Shown: one piece after another, positions 58,304 to 64,000 of the stretch
How positions within the stretch are numbered: position 1 is the first letter of the stretch
Layout of the letters: the number at the start of each line of letters is the position of its first letter
Source: an uncultured Acidimicrobiia bacterium
GTDB taxonomy: Bacteria > Actinomycetota > Acidimicrobiia > Acidimicrobiales > SZUA-35
Assembly: GCA_963781035.1 (NCBI GenBank)
Contig: CAWAEN010000001.1
Location: 35,386 to 99,385, forward strand
DNA: 64,000 bases
Reading direction: 5' to 3'
The notes under the pieces: generated by a model
What the model saw: only the letters and a program-made list of their open reading frames with translations
The model's database searches: none
Told to the model about the DNA's origin: nothing
Translations under genes and position numbers: made by a program

Positions 58304-58786
58304 AGTGGGCGTTTCCCTTCGTCGATCACCCAGCCTCGGCAGCACGGCCATCAGAATGAGGACCTCAACCCATCCACGGCTGAACCTGCCGCCCCCAGGC
58401 CTTGGATGCCATCTCTCGAGTCTCGACGCGCACGCTCCATACGTCGTTGGCGACTCCGCCAGCGAGCGGTTCGATACGAGCAACGTCGTCACCCCACTGC
58501 TCGAATGCCTCCCATCTCACGGGCCACATGATGGCAGAGTCGGCGAATGTCCGATCACCTTCGAGACTCCTACGACGCCATGGCTGAACAGTATGCGGCG
58601 CTGCCCCGGCCAGATTGCTGAAGCTCGGCGTGCGTGCCCCGATTCGCAGTTCCAAGTGGGTGACCTTGCGGCACCGGATGTTGCCGATCGCACCTTGCTG
58701 GCGGCATCAGAGCTGATCTCGATCACTCCAGTGAAGGACAGGTTCCAGCGGTTCGCTCTGGGTCTGTGCCCGCTCGGCAACTGCTG

Positions 58787-60439
58787 TCAGCCGGGCTGAC
58801 CGAGTACCCCTGCCACCAGAGACTTCGCGGCTTCCTGGACCGCCCGGAGATGGTCTGTGCCGCGGAAGCTCTCGGCGTAGATCTTGTAGACGTCTTCGGT
58901 GCCTGACGGGCGGGCTGCGAACCAAGCGCTGTCGGTGACGACCTTGAGACCACCGATCTTCGCCCCGTTCCCCGGTGCTTCGGTGAGTACCGCGGTGATC
59001 TGGTCACCGGCCAGCTCCGTGGCGGTCACCTGGTCGGACGAAAGGGCACCGAGCTTCGCCTTCTCTTCACGCGACGCCGGCGCGTCGATTCGCTCGTAGA
59101 CCGGTGTGCCATGCCGTTCGGTGAGCGCCCGGTAGTGCTCGCTCGGCGACGTTCCGGTGACGGCGAGGATCTCAGCGGCCAGGAGCGCCAGCAAGATTCC
59201 GTCCTTGTCGGTGGTCCACACCGACCCGTCGCGCCGGAGGAACGAGGCGCCGGCCGATTCCTCGCCGCCGAACCCGATCGAACCGTCGCTCAGACCCGGT
59301 ACGAACCACTTGAACCCCACCGGCACCTCGACGAGCTTGCGCCCCAGACCGTCGGCGACGCGGTTGATCATGGACGACGACACCAACGTCTTGCCGATGG
59401 CCGCCGAGGCGGGCCAGTCGGCCCGGTTCCCGAACAGATAGTCGATGGCCACGGCGAGGAAGTGGTTGGGGTTCATCAGGCCGGCATCGGGAGTGACGAT
59501 GCCGTGGCGGTCTGCGTCCGCATCGTTCCCGGTTGCGATCTCGTAGTCATCGGATGCACCGATGAGCGATGCCATGGCGTACGGCGACGAACAGTCCATT
59601 CTGATCTTGCCGTCCCAGTCGAGGGTCATGAATCGCCACGTCGGGTCGACCTCTGGGTTGACCACCGTCAGATCGAGGTCGAAACGGTCAGCGATGCGGG
59701 CCCAATAGTCGACGCTGGCACCGCCGAGCGGGTCGGCCCCGATGCGGACTCCCGCCGTGCGGATCACGTCGAGTTCGAGCACGTTGGGCAGATCATCGAC
59801 GTATATGCCGCAGAAATCGTAGCGATGGGTCGTGTCGGCGCCGAGTGCTCGATGGAGCGAGATGCGTGACACACCCCGATTTCCGTCGGCGAGGAGTTCG
59901 TTGGCCCGTGCGGCGATCCACCCGGTGGCGTCGGTGTCGGCGGGGCCACCATGGGGCGGGTTGTACTTGAAGCCGCCGTCGCGGGGTGGATTGTGTGAGG
60001 GGGTGACGACGATGCCGTCGGACATCCCCGAGCCCGCGTGATGGCCGGCGTTGTGCCGCAGGATGGCGTGCGACAGTGCGGGCGTCGGGGTGTAGCGGTC
60101 GGCGACGTCGATCAGCACGGTCACGTGGTTGGCGGCGAGCACCTCGAGCGCCGTCGCCAACGCCGGCTCGGAGAGGGCGTGGGTGTCGCGCCCGAGGAAG
60201 AGCGGTCCGTCGATCGACTGGGTGGCCCGATACTCACAGATCGCTTGAGTCGTCGCAGCGATGTGGGCCTCGTTGAACGAGCCGTCGAGGCTGGATCCGC
60301 GATGCCCCGATGTTCCGAACGCGACCCGCTGCGACGGATCCTCGAGATCGGGGCGTGACGTGTAGTACGACGACACCAGGTGGGGGACGTCGATGAGATC
60401 GCGGGTCGATGCCGGCTGTCCGGCTCGTTCGTGTGTCAT
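58787..60439 (-). CDS. pgm: Phosphoglucomutase
   Basis: [32 protein letters not shown]. Confidence 0.97.
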   Translation of the reverse strand: MTHERAGQPASTRDLIDVPHLVSSYYTSRPDLEDPSQRVAFGTSGHRGSSLDGSFNEAHIAATTQAICEYRATQSIDGPLFLGRDTHALSEPALATALEVLAANHVTVLIDVADRYTPTPALSHAILRHNAGHHAGSGMSDGIVVTPSHNPPRDGGFKYNPPHGGPADTDATGWIAARANELLADGNRGVSRISLHRALGADTTHRYDFCGIYVDDLPNVLELDVIRTAGVRIGADPLGGASVDYWARIADRFDLDLTVVNPEVDPTWRFMTLDWDGKIRMDCSSPYAMASLIGASDDYEIATGNDADADRHGIVTPDAGLMNPNHFLAVAIDYLFGNRADWPASAAIGKTLVSSSMINRVADGLGRKLVEVPVGFKWFVPGLSDGSIGFGGEESAGASFLRRDGSVWTTDKDGILLALLAAEILAVTGTSPSEHYRALTERHGTPVYERIDAPASREEKAKLGALSSDQVTATELAGDQITAVLTEAPGNGAKIGGLKVVTDSAWFAARPSGTEDVYKIYAESFRGTDHLRAVQEAAKSLVAGVLGQPG

Positions 60440-60526
60440 CTCTCCAGTATGTCCGCAACGCCCGTTCCGAACCGAGAGAAGTCGATGTTCGTGGCCGGTA
60501 GGCCGCCCGTGCCGTACGATCATCCG

Positions 60527-60736
60527 ATGATGCGCCGGGTTCGTCGCAAGCAACCAACGCGAGCTGAGTTGATCGACCGCAAGCATCAACTCAATGGCGA
60601 GATCCAAGCGCTGGCGGCTGAGCTTCAGCGGCTCCGAACTCGGAACGCATCAACAGCGCACATCGAAGGTCGGCTCGACCGGCTCCGGAACCTCCAGTAC
60701 CAGACGCGGCAGGAGATCGACCGAGCCAAGCCGTAG
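60527..60736 (+). CDS. Small basic coiled-coil hypothetical protein
   Basis: ~69-aa helical-hairpin-like ORF divergent from pgm. Confidence 0.5.
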   Translation: MMRRVRRKQPTRAELIDRKHQLNGEIQALAAELQRLRTRNASTAHIEGRLDRLRNLQYQTRQEIDRAKP

Positions 60737-60848
60737 CGATGGCCGCGCCTGGAGATCCTCTGGCCTCTCCTTCGAGTGGATCCAGACTGGCAATGCGAGC
60801 GGAACGGATGGGGTATACCTGTACCGGTACTCGACTGGAGCAGCCATC

Positions 60849-61946
60849 TTGCGAATAGCGATACTGACCAGCGGTGGCGACGCGCCGGGGATGAACGCCG
60901 CAATTCGCGCGGCAACCGTTGTTGCCCTTGCGTTGGGGCATGAACCGGTGGGCGTCCGGCATGGTTTTCGGGGCCTGGTCAACGGTGAGCTCGAACCGCT
61001 CGACTCGCTTGCGGTTGCCGATGTCTTGCGGCGAGGGGGCACGATTCTTCAATCGGCGCGCTGCCCGGAGTTCCACGAATACGGAGTGCGCGACACGGCC
61101 CGTGCCGTCCTTTCCGACGCCGGTGTCGATGGCCTGATCGTGATCGGAGGCAACGGTTCGTTGACCGGAGCGAAGTTCCTGAGTGATCCGCTCGAGGCTG
61201 GCAATTGGCCCGTTCGGGTGGTCGGTATTCCCGCTTCCATCGACAACGACATTGCTCTCACCAGTATGTCGCTGGGCGTCGACACGGCGATGAACACGAT
61301 TGTCGAGGCCTGCGACAAGATCGCCGACACGGCCAGTGCCCACGATCGAGTCTTCCTCGTTGAGGTGATGGGCCGCGAGTGCGGCTACTTGGCCATGACC
61401 AGCGCGATTGCGTCGGGGGCAGACATGGTGCTGTTCCCCGAGGCTGAGCGGACCGAAGAGCAGCTTGTCGATGCTGTGGTCGAAGCGGTCTTGGCCGTGC
61501 GTAGGCGGGGTGGGGCGCAGAAGGTCATCGCGATCAAGGCCGAGGGCATCGAGACGGCGACGGACCGATTGAAGACCTTGGTCGACGAGAGCTTGGCAGA
61601 CCGGACCGGTGAGCCGGTGGAACTGATCGAAACGCGCATCACCGTGCTGGGCCATGTCGTTCGTGGAGGTCGGCCCAGCGCCTTCGATCGGCTGCTTGGG
61701 AGCAGGATGGGCAATGTCGCCGTCCGGTCTCTGGTTGATGGTGGTCACCGTCAGATGGTGGCGTGGCAACCGCCGATTGACGCGACGGGCGACGTGGGCG
61801 AACGATCGGCCTACGATCCCTACTGTTACCTCATGCCATTGGACGATGTGATCATCGCGACCAAGAAGCTGCTCGAGGGCCAAAGCCCGCTCGCTCGCTG
61901 GAGGGCAACCATCTTCGACGATCTCGAGGGCATCTTTCTCTTGTAG
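60849..61946 (+). CDS. pfkA: ATP-dependent 6-phosphofructokinase
   Basis: TSGGDAPGMN, GGTIL.SAR, GGNGS, PASIDND, EVMGR, LGHVVRGG. Confidence 0.95.
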   Translation: MRIAILTSGGDAPGMNAAIRAATVVALALGHEPVGVRHGFRGLVNGELEPLDSLAVADVLRRGGTILQSARCPEFHEYGVRDTARAVLSDAGVDGLIVIGGNGSLTGAKFLSDPLEAGNWPVRVVGIPASIDNDIALTSMSLGVDTAMNTIVEACDKIADTASAHDRVFLVEVMGRECGYLAMTSAIASGADMVLFPEAERTEEQLVDAVVEAVLAVRRRGGAQKVIAIKAEGIETATDRLKTLVDESLADRTGEPVELIETRITVLGHVVRGGRPSAFDRLLGSRMGNVAVRSLVDGGHRQMVAWQPPIDATGDVGERSAYDPYCYLMPLDDVIIATKKLLEGQSPLARWRATIFDDLEGIFLL

Positions 61947-62398
61947 ACCGTGCCGGCGCATACATGCGGGCCCCGGTTGCCAGGCGCTTGTGGTGATGCC
62001 GGCGCCCGCTCAGCCGACCAGAACTCGATGAGACCCGCGTCGGCATCCCGGTGACGATCTGACCTGGGGAACGTGGTGGCTTCGACAGCGGTGTGGGCTT
62101 CGGGGGTTGGAAGGGTCCGAATGTGTGGCTGCGGGCTCGTGGTGGGCGACACATGAGAAGGCCCTCGTACGAGCAAATTCGCGGCCACGATCGCGAGCCA
62201 AGAGCGAAGACTGCGAACCTATCTGCAATAGTAAGCATGGTCTTCGCGAATCTGATTGGTGGGGAGCTCAACGGGCCGCAACTGAGCTTGGTAGTAGCAG
62301 AGCCCGGAGCGACCCGCGAGTCTGTGGTCGCAGCCATGACCGCAAGCGCCGAGCAAATCAACTACGAGGTCATCCTGCGCCCGGGCCGGATCCTCACC

Positions 62399-63016
62399 CT
62401 ACGACAGTTCCCGGCGGTCGAGGAACGCGGTCAAGGCGACGGCAGCTCTATCGAGATGACGGAGCAGTTCGGCTTCTGCGGTCGCAGAGTCGCCGGCTCG
62501 GTAGGCGTCGAGGAGGGCGACATGCTCGTTGTTTGAGTCGTCGGCACCGCCGAGACCCTCCATGTAGAGCACGACATACGGTGCGACCGACGCGTGCAAG
62601 ATCTCGACCATGGCCAAGCCTCGTTGCCATCCGGACGCCTGATACAGCGCACGATGAAAACGCCAATTCACCTCGGTCACGGATCCGACCGACGCCAGAG
62701 CAACCTCTGCCTCAGCGAGGTCGACGATGGTCACCTTCGGCACGGCTTGGCGAAGTAGCTCGACCTCGATGGCTCGGCGCAAGGTGTAGTTCTCTTGCGC
62801 GTCGGCTGCTGTCAGTTCTGGAAGAACTGCACCCCGGTTGGCTTCGAACCGAACAAGCCCGTTCGCCGCTAGCCGCTGCAATGCCTCCCGGACCGGAATC
62901 TTGCTGACGCCCATTCGGGCAGCTATCTCGTCCTGGCGCACCCACGTCCCGGGCTGGATCGCTCCGCTCAGCATGTCGGACATGACGGCCTGCTGGACTA
63001 CATCAACCGTTGACAT
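62399..63016 (-). CDS. GntR (FCD) regulator
   Basis: [18 protein letters not shown]. Confidence 0.92.
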   Translation of the reverse strand: MSTVDVVQQAVMSDMLSGAIQPGTWVRQDEIAARMGVSKIPVREALQRLAANGLVRFEANRGAVLPELTAADAQENYTLRRAIEVELLRQAVPKVTIVDLAEAEVALASVGSVTEVNWRFHRALYQASGWQRGLAMVEILHASVAPYVVLYMEGLGGADDSNNEHVALLDAYRAGDSATAEAELLRHLDRAAVALTAFLDRRELS

Positions 63017-63024
63017 GAGAAATA

Positions 63025-63036
63025 ATCGTATACGAT
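63025..63036. promoter_or_regulatory. Probable GntR operator
   Basis: Perfect palindrome ATCGTATACGAT in the 28-bp divergent gap. Confidence 0.75.
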
Positions 63037-63044
63037 CGCGTCCC

Positions 63045-64000
63045 ATGAAGCTGTCCGACTTTCCCCGCACGCCTCTCCTCTTCGGACCGTCCCCAATTCA
63101 CCCGTTGCCGCGGCTCAGTGAAGCACTCGGTGGAGAGGTCGAGATCTGGGCGAAACGGGAAGACTGCAACTCGGGGATCGCCTTCGGTGGCAACAAGGTT
63201 CGCAAGCTCGAGTATCTCGTCGCCGACGCACTGGCGCAGGGATGCGACACGCTGGTTTCCATCGGTGGCATCCAGTCCAACCACACCCGCCAAGTCACTG
63301 GCGTCGCCCGCTACCTCGGCCTCGGTGCTGTGACGGTGCAGGAGGGCTGGGTCGACTACAACGACATGGCGTACGACAAGGTCGGCAACATTCAGCTCAC
63401 GCGGATCATGGGCGGCGACGTCCGTATCGACCCGGCCGGATTCGACATCGGCGTGCGCGACAGCTGGACGCAAGCACTCGAGTCGGTCGTTGCCGCCGGG
63501 GGCAAGCCATACCCAATCCCTGCTGGAGCATCCGACCATCCACTCGGCGGACTCGGCTTCGCCAACTGGGCGGTCGAAGTCGAAACGCAAGAAGAGGAAC
63601 TCGACGTCTTCTTCGACAACATCATCGTCTGCACCGTGACCGGTTCCAGCCACGCAGGCATGATCGCCGGGTTCGCGCTGTCCGACGACCCGAGGCGCAG
63701 AGTCCTCGGCATCGACGCGTCCGGCACCCTCGAACAGACGGTCGACCAAGTGACCCGCATCGCCACCAACACCGCAGAAAAGATCGAACTCGGCCGAGAG
63801 CTGCGAGACGACGAAATCACAATCATCGCCGGCTACGAAGGCCCGGCCTACGGCGTGCCGGACGCGACCACGGTCGAAGCAATTCACCTCGCCGCCCGCA
63901 CCGACGCGATGCTCACCGATCCCGTATACGAAGGCAAGTCGATGGCCGGGCTCATCGGCATGATCCGCACCGGCGAGATCCCCGCAGGATCCAAGGTCCT
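63045..64000 (+). CDS. acdS: ACC deaminase (runs off the window; absent from the ORF track)
   Basis: [57 protein letters not shown]. Confidence 0.93.
   Translation, partial: MKLSDFPRTPLLFGPSPIHPLPRLSEALGGEVEIWAKREDCNSGIAFGGNKVRKLEYLVADALAQGCDTLVSIGGIQSNHTRQVTGVARYLGLGAVTVQEGWVDYNDMAYDKVGNIQLTRIMGGDVRIDPAGFDIGVRDSWTQALESVVAAGGKPYPIPAGASDHPLGGLGFANWAVEVETQEEELDVFFDNIIVCTVTGSSHAGMIAGFALSDDPRRRVLGIDASGTLEQTVDQVTRIATNTAEKIELGRELRDDEITIIAGYEGPAYGVPDATTVEAIHLAARTDAMLTDPVYEGKSMAGLIGMIRTGEIPAGSKV

Overview
High-GC actinobacterial chromosome segment. Gene content and synteny suggest Acidimicrobiia (inference). Many genes, including conserved ones (trpD, katG, P450, acyl-CoA ligase), are split by single-base indels, most likely uncorrected long-read errors, so gene ends and fusions need care. 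Core-like content: UVR-domain nuclease tail, trpD, furA-katG-rubrerythrin, RNase P RNA, His-phosphatase/zinc-ribbon/PBP1A, ppk2, 1-Cys peroxiredoxin, ppgK, pgm, pfkA, GntR-acdS. Many accessory enzymes and gene scraps lie between them. No tRNA, rRNA, CRISPR, integrase or transposase was recognised. Best candidate for a new system: a putative c-di-GMP surface module at 29.9-36.5 kb. It has a BcsA-like membrane protein lacking all four GT2 catalytic motifs, which keeps a PilZ domain and runs on into an extracellular 75-aa repeat array, Thr/Pro stalk and membrane anchor. Next to it is a membrane HD-GYP protein with an Ig-like domain, and the module is bracketed by interleaved direct repeats. Both genes, a stand-alone PilZ gene, a SipW/TasA-like operon and an unknown gene share a sigma28/WhiG-like promoter motif (TCAT/TCAA/TAAT-N15-xCCGA).
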